From Promethearchaeota archaeon (GTDB lineage: Archaea; Asgardarchaeota; Lokiarchaeia; Sigyniarchaeales; SOKP01), in NCBI GenBank assembly GCA_016840085.1, contig JAEOTA010000042.1:1-37236 (forward strand): DNA of 37,236 nucleotides, in the 5' to 3' direction. Shown here one piece after another: positions 8,985 through 18,064 of this stretch (position 1 is the first letter of the stretch; each line of letters starts with the position of its first letter). Position numbers and translations under genes: made by a program. The notes below the pieces were generated by a model. It was not told where the DNA came from and ran no database searches. It saw only the letters and a list, made by a program, of their open reading frames with translations.

Positions 8985-10163
8985 TCAATAATCTATTGAG
9001 AATTCTAAATCACCATATTGATCGATAATTTCTAAAATAGGATACACAGCATCATAAGCTACACCTTCTTCCAATGTAAAATAAACCTTATAATTCGAGA
9101 GATACATATTGATAATTGAGCCCGAGATCTTTTCATTAGCTTTAATATCAATATTTTTTCCATCATTTCGAAAATGAGTAATTATTTCATAAGAGGGTTT
9201 TTCTTTGATTTCAGTTATTATCTCATCTACATTTAATTCTATTTTGGATTTATAATTAAAAATGAGATAATTACTTATATTATTCTTAATTTCTGTAATT
9301 GGATCAACAATCTCAAATACTTTAAAATCAAGTATTTTTGATATATAAACATGTGCTCGATTGTATATCCAGGGAATAAAATCTTTTAATAGAATTTCAG
9401 GATTAAAATTGGGAAATTGAAAAATTGAATGATTTTTATTTAAGGTTAGCATTCCATTCTCAAAAAAATTTATTTTGTATCTTCTTGGGTAAATTCCATA
9501 TTCGTCTTTTAATTCAAGATAAATTTCTTCAGAGTCTAAGGATTTTATAAGAAACCTTCTATCGAATTCGGGTCTTAAATTTGATCTTCTTCGAAAGTTT
9601 TTAGAATAAAATGTCGAAATTTCTTCAATAGTATTTATATATTTCTTTTTTCTTAAATATATCAGAAAATCATCCATTAATTGAAAGGATAACCATAATT
9701 TACTAATTCCCTCTACTTTGGATAAAAAATGATTAAAAAAATCTCTTTCTATTATTTTAGTTCTATTGGTACTAACAAGAAGGAGGTAATTATTACTCAT
9801 AAATATAAAATATCCCATAAAGAAATTTTCCTTTTCAAACTTAATTTTTTCTGACTTTAATTCTTCCTTTGATTTTCTTATCTCTTTTTCTTTTAATTTT
9901 GGGATAAAATAAGTAATTTTTTTCTCACGTTTTAACTCGGGTTCTAATTTTTCACCTACTTTTCTCTTTATTTTAACTAAGTCATCATACACCTCAACAG
10001 AAAATTGAAATTCTTTCAGTAGATCAACCAATTCTTGTTTACTATATTTAATATTAATAAGGATACAGATCTTAATTGTCCGATTATATTTAAGATCGTT
10101 TTCAATAAAACAATCGAGTAATTCTGTCTTGGAATTTACTATGAAATTTTGAGAAATAAACAT
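8985..10163 (-). CDS. Hypothetical protein (392 aa), first gene of a two-gene operon with the putative nuclease
   Basis: Long intact ORF with a 15-bp gap to the downstream gene; no recognisable family. Confidence 0.75.
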   Translation of the reverse strand: MFISQNFIVNSKTELLDCFIENDLKYNRTIKICILINIKYSKQELVDLLKEFQFSVEVYDDLVKIKRKVGEKLEPELKREKKITYFIPKLKEKEIRKSKEELKSEKIKFEKENFFMGYFIFMSNNYLLLVSTNRTKIIERDFFNHFLSKVEGISKLWLSFQLMDDFLIYLRKKKYINTIEEISTFYSKNFRRRSNLRPEFDRRFLIKSLDSEEIYLELKDEYGIYPRRYKINFFENGMLTLNKNHSIFQFPNFNPEILLKDFIPWIYNRAHVYISKILDFKVFEIVDPITEIKNNISNYLIFNYKSKIELNVDEIITEIKEKPSYEIITHFRNDGKNIDIKANEKISGSIINMYLSNYKVYFTLEEGVAYDAVYPILEIIDQYGDLEFSIDY

Positions 10164-10449
10164 CTAATAAATTATAAGTCTATATTTGTTTTAAATAAGA
10201 TCTATATTTTTAAAAAATAAAAGTACTATTTTAAATATAAGAGGCTGTAAAAATTATAGAAAAAGGGGGCAGTTTGACTTGTCACTATAGAGTCCTCTAG
10301 TATTCTCACTCTATTATTCCCTAATTTTAAATAATTTATGAAAAAAGATTTAGGACATATTTTTTAATATTTCAATATCAATTAATAATGTGATTAAAAT
10401 GGGCTGTCCTTTTATAATATATATTTACAGTTTTTGCTCATTTATATAA

Positions 10450-10680
10450 AAACAGGATTTACATCCTACTACGGGATTTAACACACAATTACCAGATAAA
10501 TTACTAGATGGTGATTCTTGTGCTGCGTCCTATCCAATAGCAAATTTAAAGGAAGACCTTTCTGATCATGGTATAACCTTACCCATCAAATCAAAGGCGT
10601 TATTAGTACTAATTAGTACTAAAGATCAGAGGAGAGAAGGTAAAACTACGATTAATTATTGGGAATATTCAAATGACTAA
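10450..10680 (+). pseudogene. Gene remnant
   Basis: Open frame KQDLHPTTGFNTQLPDKLLDGDSCAASYP...YWEYSND* with no usable start. Confidence 0.3.
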
Positions 10681-10800
10681 TAAACTGAAATTAAGTCTAT
10701 AATATATATGGTTTTTATAGCAACTTTCAAGAATGATCTGATTTTATTTTTTCAAATTCAAGAAATTAGAAAATAATTATGAATTATTCACATTTCCATA

Positions 10801-11193
10801 CTATAATGTGATATTTTTATTCCTATTCTTATTTCTTTCATTACTATAAATTTCATAAAACCAATTAACTATGTGTTGAAAGAAAAATCTTTCACGTAAG
10901 ATATCATAATGAGATTTACCCTTTAAATTTGTTAATTTAGCTATATCTCCAGACTTTATTTTATCTTTAACTACTAAATCCATACGAGATACAAATTGAT
11001 CTCTGAATTTAATCATTCTAAGGATAATAAAAATAGCTTTTGAAATCCTAATTATTAGTGGATAAGACTTCGACTTATTATCCTCTTGAAGATCATCTAA
11101 TTACTCTAAAAATAGCTTATTCTTTCTTAATATTGGTTCTTTATTATAATAATTTATTAGGTCTTTCTGATTAAGCTTAAAATCTTTTTCAAT
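10801..11193 (-). pseudogene. Decayed gene; the 71-aa ORF is its 3' part
   Basis: The same frame continues upstream ([38 protein letters not shown]...) across an in-frame TAA near 11101. Confidence 0.4.
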
Positions 11194-11283
11194 TCATAGA
11201 TTTGATTTGAAAATCTAATTTGAGATCTTTATATTAAAATTAGAATTAAACCTTTAAAATTAGACAAGTAAAGTGTATTGATT

Positions 11284-12207
11284 TTATTTAAAAATCTTAA
11301 AGTTTGGATTATTTTCCCCCCATAATTTTAAATCTTGGTATATTTTGAATTTCTTGAAAAACCTATATTCAAAAGAGCTTTCAAAGAACATATTTATGTC
11401 ATTACTCTGTAAGAAAGAAAAAGCATCTCTTTTACAAAATAGATTATTAATCCAAATTGTCAATAGTGAAAATGCATCATGCCCTTGACATATTTGAAAT
11501 TTATCTAAAGTTTTATTGGATTCTTTCTTATATAATTCTTCAATATTCTTTTTAAAATTTCGATCTCTATGATTTTTAGTTATTAGATGTATAATTAATT
11601 TGTCTCTATCTATTGTAAATAATTCTTCGTCCAAAATATAATAATAGTTTAAATCCCTAAATGAAAGTTGAAAATCATTAATATAATTTATCCAGCGCAA
11701 AATACCTATTTTTTCCACGTTATCTAATATTGCTTTAAGAAAAAAATGAGGGAGATCTTCATATTTTATATCCTTCCTATAGAATTTCTTTAAACAATAC
11801 ATTAATCTTTCTTTTTCTGTACAGAATCTGTTATAAAATTTAATAAAGCATTTAGATGAAAGCATCATAAGATCAATATCATGATAATCAGTTCTAAAAA
11901 GACAATGATGGGAGAAGAGTTCTTGATTAGTTAAATGATCAAAATCAGCATCAACAATTGCGATAACTCCTTGAATTTCAATTTCTTTAGAAAATTCTTC
12001 ATATATTATTTTAAGTGTTTCTATAGATACATCTTTACTGCCAGAGAATTCGATTTTTACTTTATTACTAATCTTATGTGAAAAATTATCAGTCCATAAA
12101 TTATAATCTGTTATACCCTCAACGATTAAAAATAATCTATTCAAATCCTTTTTATATAACATAAAAATTTTGGTAGCTAAAGCAATAGGAGATCTATGAA
12201 AATCCAT
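11284..12207 (-). CDS. DUF4435 / TOPRIM-type nuclease (PARIS AriB-like)
   Basis: LIVEG.TD, G.K, IAIVDADFD, TDYHDID, CQGHD motifs; directly downstream of an ABC-type ATPase. Confidence 0.8.
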   Translation of the reverse strand: MDFHRSPIALATKIFMLYKKDLNRLFLIVEGITDYNLWTDNFSHKISNKVKIEFSGSKDVSIETLKIIYEEFSKEIEIQGVIAIVDADFDHLTNQELFSHHCLFRTDYHDIDLMMLSSKCFIKFYNRFCTEKERLMYCLKKFYRKDIKYEDLPHFFLKAILDNVEKIGILRWINYINDFQLSFRDLNYYYILDEELFTIDRDKLIIHLITKNHRDRNFKKNIEELYKKESNKTLDKFQICQGHDAFSLLTIWINNLFCKRDAFSFLQSNDINMFFESSFEYRFFKKFKIYQDLKLWGENNPNFKIFK

Positions 12208-12228
12208 AATTAGGCTCTCTCCAACTTA

Positions 12229-13638
12229 TTAATTTGATTCCAGTTTCCTCACAAGGTTAACACGTCCATAAATAATCTCAGGTGAATGAGTTGCTATTAT
12301 AAATGTTAAACTTTTTTGTTCACCAATTTTAATGAGATGATTAATAAAGTTATTCTGCCATATAACATGGAATGAAATTTCAGGCTCATCGATTAGTACA
12401 ATAGAATTTTTTTCAGCTAAGAAAATTAAATAATAAAATAAAACAACAATATGTTGTTCACCTGAAGATAATTTATCTCCTTTAATTTTCTGTTTAGTAA
12501 CAGGAGAATAAAAATAAAAACCATTATCTCCATCAAATTTAATAATTTTATCAGTTAAATGTCCTTGATTTATTATAAGTTCAAATAGATTGATAATCTC
12601 TAATAATTTATCAAAAATTGAATATTTATCATCTGAATCTTTAATCCATAAAGAAATAACTTTGGCTATATCTTCAGTTTCTAAACTTTCTGTATCAATT
12701 GGTGGTTCTTCTTTATAACCACTTGTTAATAAGCCATTGGATATTAAACTTTTTTCTTTCATTCGAATTGAATCGATCTTATTCTTGAGGTCTTTACTTT
12801 TTAAGAGAGATTCAACTTTTTCTTCTTTTAATATATCAATGACTCTTTTTGGGAAAGTACTATACAATTGCTGAGATTTGTCATTAAATTCTTTAATTAA
12901 ATTTTTTTTAAGATTTAGTAAATGATCAGAATAAGTATTTATAACCCTAATTTCAGATTTTTTATTTTTTTTTTTTTTGCTTCTAAATTTGATTAATCGT
13001 TCTGATTCAATAAAGTTAACTGGATTATGCTTAATAATGTTAGAATACCATTCTGGAAAAGGTAATTTATTATCTTTAAATATTGGTTTTAAAATATCAT
13101 ATAAATCAAATGGTGAGAATTTACGAGATCGAAGTATATTAGATTTTTCATAAATCTCAATTAATCTATATCTTCCTAAATCTCCAGGTAATTCATAAAT
13201 ATTATTAAATTCTTCACTTAAAGCGCTATTCACTATTGTAAAATATAAATTTAATAAATCCAATTGACTAGGTCTTAATTCTAAAGGTCTCTTAGTTTTA
13301 ATTTTTGAGAATGGATTCCATTCACTTTGTGTTTTAACTCTTTTAGAAAAATAATTAATTTGTGTTTCTTCTTTTATTTTTCCTTTAATATATTGAATTG
13401 AAAATCCATTTTCTAATTTAAGTTGGAAAGAGTTAAAAATTATCTCATTTATAGACTCAAAATCAAAAGTCAATAAAGATTTAATCATCTTTAATATCGT
13501 TGTTTTACCCGTTCCATTAAGACCATACAATATTGTAACATTTGGATTTTGATTTAATTCAAATTCATAATTTTTATCTCCAAATAATCCTCTTATATTT
13601 AATCCAATAATTCTGTAAGAATCTTTCATTGAATTCAT
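12229..13638 (-). CDS. AAA_15/AAA_21 ABC-type ATPase (PARIS AriA-like)
   Basis: I.GLFG N-terminus, Walker A GLNGTGKT, signature LSSGEQH, Walker B LIDEPEISFH..WQ, IATHSP. Confidence 0.85.
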   Translation of the reverse strand: MNSMKDSYRIIGLNIRGLFGDKNYEFELNQNPNVTILYGLNGTGKTTILKMIKSLLTFDFESINEIIFNSFQLKLENGFSIQYIKGKIKEETQINYFSKRVKTQSEWNPFSKIKTKRPLELRPSQLDLLNLYFTIVNSALSEEFNNIYELPGDLGRYRLIEIYEKSNILRSRKFSPFDLYDILKPIFKDNKLPFPEWYSNIIKHNPVNFIESERLIKFRSKKKKNKKSEIRVINTYSDHLLNLKKNLIKEFNDKSQQLYSTFPKRVIDILKEEKVESLLKSKDLKNKIDSIRMKEKSLISNGLLTSGYKEEPPIDTESLETEDIAKVISLWIKDSDDKYSIFDKLLEIINLFELIINQGHLTDKIIKFDGDNGFYFYSPVTKQKIKGDKLSSGEQHIVVLFYYLIFLAEKNSIVLIDEPEISFHVIWQNNFINHLIKIGEQKSLTFIIATHSPEIIYGRVNLVRKLESN

Positions 13639-13966
13639 TAGAAATAAAACACTTTATCTATTATAAAATTAACTTGTTTGATAATTCCTATAATTTAATA
13701 CTGATAATTAAAAATCCTACAAAAAATTAATTTAATTGTAGTTTTTAAAATTTTCGATCAGATCGAAGAAATTAGAAAGTAGAATTCTAACTCTATTTAT
13801 TAAATCAAAGTATATACCTCAGCATACTCTAGACGGAAAGTCACTAATTCCTCCTAAGGCAGAGAGGATTATCTCTAGGGATTATGGTGGTAAGCAAAAA
13901 TATACTCAAGATTTCTTAAAGAAAATCTGGAAGCTAGGAAAGTATAAAGATCAATATGTATTCGGA

Positions 13967-15073
13967 ATGATATATATGTGGACACATAAGAAAAGTGGTA
14001 AATCTTATGTATATCCCGGAAGGACAGAACAACGTCAGGGCACTCCTTATTATCGTCCCTATTCATCTATTTCAAAAAGGTTCCAACAGGAAATAAATAG
14101 AGCAATTTATACAAAAAGAGACAAATTGAGAAAAAAAGAAAATCAGATGTATTATGACATGCGTATGATTTATGACAATGCTGGAAGGGGACAGAAAGGA
14201 ATTAATGCTATTGTCAAGAATTTTAAGCTAGAGATTGTTGAGATTCTGTTAATTTCAGGTAAATACAAGAGAGATTGTAGAATATTAGAAGAACTTGAAG
14301 ATTATTGGAGAGATAGGGCCAGTGAATTTGGAGAGTTATACTCCTCTGTAGGCGGAAGCGCAGGTTCGCATGTGGCAAGAATAAGAAGCCCATACGGGAA
14401 GGAAGAGCGATATGCTAAGGTGAGAGATTTGATTCGACACGGCTACTCGAAGAAAGAAATGGCAGATTACTTAGATTTATTTTGGAACCCACTGTACGGT
14501 TCTAATGCCCTAAATAACTTAATAGATGAAGCTACAGGTATGTCATATACTGCTGCTAACTTAAAATATGTAGGTAGTGAAATAATAAACCTTTTAGATT
14601 CTGGTATCTTTAGTTTGGAAGGACTTTCATCTTATTTTAGAGGAATGGACAACAATGAGATGTTCTCATTTCTTGCTAGCAAAAATTTTCCTAGCGGGGT
14701 TTTATATCTTAAGGTGTTGATAAGTTCTGCAATTTTAAAATTATCTCGTGAAAGTGAGAGCTTTTATTATTATGATATTGCAGCTGAAATAGGAGTAAGT
14801 AGGTCAAAAGATCTTTATATATCCACTTTTATGTATAGGGAGATGAAGGGTCTTCAAAGTATTAAAAAAGACGATCTCATAGCATGGCTAAGCCCATACT
14901 CCAAATTGCTGGTTCCACACTACAAGAAAGCATCTGATTTACTTAGGGCTATTAATTGGTATGATGAATTTGACCCTATGGAAATTCATAAAAGAATTAT
15001 TGCGTTATTCGGCGTTAAGTTCAGACAAGCTAAGAGAATATACACAGATGGATTCTTGACTTTAGATCTTTAA
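13967..15073 (+). CDS. GIY-YIG-like endonuclease domain plus HTH-like repeats; possibly 5'-truncated
   Basis: GMIYMWTHKKSGKSYVYPGRT...RF...F.LEIVE...LEELEDYW; HTH-like LIRHGYSKKEMADYL and YDIAAEIGVS. Frame is open back to 13742 with no start codon. Confidence 0.55.
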   Translation: MIYMWTHKKSGKSYVYPGRTEQRQGTPYYRPYSSISKRFQQEINRAIYTKRDKLRKKENQMYYDMRMIYDNAGRGQKGINAIVKNFKLEIVEILLISGKYKRDCRILEELEDYWRDRASEFGELYSSVGGSAGSHVARIRSPYGKEERYAKVRDLIRHGYSKKEMADYLDLFWNPLYGSNALNNLIDEATGMSYTAANLKYVGSEIINLLDSGIFSLEGLSSYFRGMDNNEMFSFLASKNFPSGVLYLKVLISSAILKLSRESESFYYYDIAAEIGVSRSKDLYISTFMYREMKGLQSIKKDDLIAWLSPYSKLLVPHYKKASDLLRAINWYDEFDPMEIHKRIIALFGVKFRQAKRIYTDGFLTLDL

Positions 15074-15966
15074 TAATAACCTTTTTTCTTATTTTTTTGG
15101 GAGAGGTAGATGGTCTGGCTAAGTCCATCATATTTGGCATTCTTAAGGAACTTGGGTGCCTGTGTTATTTTTGTTCCCCTTACGTATAAATGTTTTAAGT
15201 TATGCAGGTTTTCTATCGATTTTGGCAGATGTGAAATGTTATTATGGATAATACTTAACTCTTGGAGTGATGATAGCTTTCCTATTCCTTCAGGAAGCTT
15301 CGTAAGGTGATTGTAATCTAAATAGAAGGATTTTAGAGATTTTAGTTTCGTAATTTCATCGGGGATTTCTGTTAATTCATTAAACTCTAAACTTAAAGAT
15401 TTAAGATGTTTTAAATTAAAAATTTCTTTCGGAATTGATTTTAGGCCCCATCCGTCTAAGTTTATATGTTTTATACTGTTGATTTTACCATAATCACAAT
15501 AATCTCGAAATTGATTGATCCCGACGATTACTTTGCCCTCAAAAAAGTCCTTTTTTGAATATTTGAATATTGCCGTATGTAGTCTCTGACCTGCTTTATG
15601 AATTTGGATTTTTTCTCTAAAATCTTCGAGATATATCTTTCTTTTAAGGGCAAATCCCTCATCTGACCAATATCCTTCTTCATGTTTCCAGCTTGCCTTT
15701 TCCAAGATTTCCTGCTGTAGTTTATCTAAGATTTTAGCTCCAGTTAATAATGCAAAGTATCCGATTACAAAATAGGGAGCTCTTCTAAAACTACGATTAT
15801 GAACCATTTTCACGAGAGTGTCGTAGTTTTTCTCGAAGTTTTCTCTTGTAAGGTTCCTCTCTTGAAAAAAGAAGTCATGAGACTCCAATCCACACGCATT
15901 CAACATAAAAGATGCTACATCCGCTTCCTCATCATCATCTAAAATGTGTACACTTGCTCTTGTCAT
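15070..15966 (-). CDS. Leucine-rich repeat protein with an uncharacterised N-terminal domain
   Basis: About 5 LRRs, e.g. LKSLSLEFNELTEIPDEITKLKSLKSFYLDYNHLTKLPEGIGKLSSLQEL. Confidence 0.9.
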   Translation of the reverse strand: MTRASVHILDDDEEADVASFMLNACGLESHDFFFQERNLTRENFEKNYDTLVKMVHNRSFRRAPYFVIGYFALLTGAKILDKLQQEILEKASWKHEEGYWSDEGFALKRKIYLEDFREKIQIHKAGQRLHTAIFKYSKKDFFEGKVIVGINQFRDYCDYGKINSIKHINLDGWGLKSIPKEIFNLKHLKSLSLEFNELTEIPDEITKLKSLKSFYLDYNHLTKLPEGIGKLSSLQELSIIHNNISHLPKSIENLHNLKHLYVRGTKITQAPKFLKNAKYDGLSQTIYLSQKNKKKGYY

Positions 15967-16136
15967 ATTTTTAATTTATTTTTTCGATAATAATACTCAC
16001 TGGTTATCAGTAATATGGCAATCCTTTAATTTAAATTTGATGTGTCTATTCTGAAAGTAATTTATAATGAAGGAGGGTATGAATCTTGAAATGAAGATGA
16101 GAAATTTAAAGGGCATTTCAAGTAATCTGACTTTAA

Positions 16137-16167
16137 AATAATTTCTTTAAAATCGAAACCTTAAAAA
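16137..16167 (+). repeat. 31-bp direct repeat, right copy; contains a BRE/TATA-like element (CGAAA-CC-TTAAAAA)
   Basis: Matches 7755-7785; lies ~100 bp upstream of the 16269 gene. Confidence 0.85.
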
Positions 16168-16268
16168 ACCATGATAGATTTTTCTAGGCTAAGTTTCCTA
16201 ATTAAAAAATCTAGCCTAATTAAATGATCATTTGAACAAAAAATTGGTAAAGGATAAACAAAAATAGA

Positions 16269-17084
16269 ATGAATTTTATGATGAAAAATCTAAAAAAATC
16301 CACGTATATTATTGGTTCACTAGTTATACTCCCAATTTTAGTTCTCTTCTTAACTCCAGCAGTTAAAGCAGAAACAAATATCCCTGAAAATTTTAACGCA
16401 GATTTAGATTTAGATACTACTTATATTTACAATGTAAAATCTTTTAATACAAGCAAACCACTTCAATGGTATTCTTTAGATTGGTTCGCTCCACCCAAAG
16501 GATATGCTAATACAACGCCAGGAGGTCAGATTAAAGTAAGCTTTAAAGGATTTTATGATAAAGATCCTAATGATATTTTTAACATATTCGAAAGCCCTGT
16601 GCCATATCTAGATGTAGAATTCGTAGAAAATAGGCTTGGAAATTTCCATACTAATGCTACATTTTATAATGTCTCAAACGGAGAAGCTGATATGAATTTA
16701 CTTCTTGGGTATAATTCATTTAAATCTGGTTTTTTAATTCCCATCAATAATTTTACTTGGTTAAAACAACAAGCCAATGCTCAAGATGAACCTCCATATT
16801 GGAATGCCACTGTGACCATCCAAGAATCTAGTAAACGTATTACGTTTGATTTTCAACAAAAAGGGGGATTTAAACAAAGAACTATATCTACTTATGATAA
16901 AACTTCGGGATTGTTGGTCAATACAAATACAAATGTTGGAAATTATACTCTTGAAATGACATTGTCAAATCTACCAAAATTTGCATCTGAAGAGACTATC
17001 CCTTCATTTCAGATAAGTATTATCTTTGGGATTATTACTGTCATCTCAATAATATATATAGTAAAATCAAACAGAAGGAAGTAG
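16269..17084 (+). CDS. Cell-surface glycoprotein with PGF/Loki-CTERM-like sorting signal
   Basis: Signal peptide ending AVKA; many N-x-S/T sequons; C-terminus IPSF + TM helix + KSNRRK. Confidence 0.75.
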   Translation: MNFMMKNLKKSTYIIGSLVILPILVLFLTPAVKAETNIPENFNADLDLDTTYIYNVKSFNTSKPLQWYSLDWFAPPKGYANTTPGGQIKVSFKGFYDKDPNDIFNIFESPVPYLDVEFVENRLGNFHTNATFYNVSNGEADMNLLLGYNSFKSGFLIPINNFTWLKQQANAQDEPPYWNATVTIQESSKRITFDFQQKGGFKQRTISTYDKTSGLLVNTNTNVGNYTLEMTLSNLPKFASEETIPSFQISIIFGIITVISIIYIVKSNRRK

Positions 17085-17134
17085 AATAAAAAAACTAAAC
17101 ATATTATTTTTTTTTTTCATTTCTATATTTAATT

Positions 17135-17560
17135 ATGAAGAAAAAAGCTAAATTTCTTCTCATAGGAGTCATTGGAGTTTCTAGTTTTTGCATTTTAATT
17201 TTTTTTGGTTTTTTTATAATTCCGATGATTCAATCTTCTAATAACAACAAAATTGAGAATAGAAGTGAGCTACTATTTGAAGTTACAAATATTACTATAA
17301 TAATTGATTATTCAGACGTTAAAGATAGCGAGATCTTTAAAAATATTAATTTAACAAATTTTAAAACAACAGCATTTCATGCCTTACTAAATTGTTGTGA
17401 TGTTGTAGCTCAAGATCATGGGTGGGGGATTTATGTAAAGCAAATTAATGGAGTTGGCGAAGGTTGGATTTACACAGTAAATAATGAATCACTTCCAAAT
17501 ATTCCTTCTAATCTTTTCAATTTAATAGATAATGATATAGTAAAATGGACACATGTTTAA
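17135..17560 (+). CDS. Membrane-anchored DUF4430 (transcobalamin-like C-terminal) domain protein
   Basis: N-terminal TM; TTAFHAL...GIYVKQINGV..GWIYTVN...L.DND.V.W. Confidence 0.8.
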   Translation: MKKKAKFLLIGVIGVSSFCILIFFGFFIIPMIQSSNNNKIENRSELLFEVTNITIIIDYSDVKDSEIFKNINLTNFKTTAFHALLNCCDVVAQDHGWGIYVKQINGVGEGWIYTVNNESLPNIPSNLFNLIDNDIVKWTHV

Positions 17561-17589
17561 GATTAAAACACTCAATTAAAAATGAAAAG

Positions 17590-18024
17590 TTAATATTTTA
17601 TATCTTTGGTTTCTATTTTTTTAAGAACAGATTCCATTTCTTTAAATGCTTTTCTAATTTTATGGAAATAATAACCTAATTTATAACCTTTTTTACAATT
17701 CGTAAAGAGCATAAAATCGTTATCAGCATCTCCTACTACAATGATCGTATATCCTCTATTACCACTGATGACTATATCCTTCAATTCCCCTTGTTCTAAT
17801 CCTTGACTAATTTTCTCTCCAAGCGAGATTAAGGTCGCTGGACTCGCGCTATAAATATCCCAAGTAACATCAGCTGTTTCAGAACTTGCAATTCTTAACC
17901 CTGTTTTAGACACGATAGCAGTACCCTCTAAATCAGTAGAACTCTCTAGTAGTTCTAACGATCGCATTAATTCATCTAAAATATCTTGACTTATTTCAAT
18001 TTCAGAGTCTTTAGCTTGTTCCAA
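17590..18024 (-). CDS. Roadblock/LC7 (MglB-like) protein
   Basis: DLEGTAIVSKTGLRIAS, SA..ATL.SLGEK....L..G.L...VISG.RGY; TTG start after GAGGTG. Confidence 0.9.
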   Translation of the reverse strand: MEQAKDSEIEISQDILDELMRSLELLESSTDLEGTAIVSKTGLRIASSETADVTWDIYSASPATLISLGEKISQGLEQGELKDIVISGNRGYTIIVVGDADNDFMLFTNCKKGYKLGYYFHKIRKAFKEMESVLKKIETKDIKY

Positions 18025-18064
18025 TTATAACACCTCAATTATGTTAATAATAATTTTTAATAAT

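Larger units (their letters stand above)
7755..16167. mobile_element. ~8.4-kb accessory/defence island bounded by direct repeats; no integrase seen
   Basis: Flanking 31-bp repeats, nuclease/ATPase cargo, several decayed ORFs; separates two putative B12-uptake units. Confidence 0.6.

Noticed and set aside
8970-8987. The 392-aa and 355-aa ORFs are in the same frame, separated by TGA TGA, so Sec read-through was considered
   Set aside because: Double stop, the spacer contains the GAGGG SD of the second gene, and there is no redox motif or visible SECIS.
16171-16230. ATGA followed by a hairpin, resembling a eukaryote-type SECIS
   Set aside because: No GA on the 3' strand at the core position, and no upstream TGA-containing gene on that strand.
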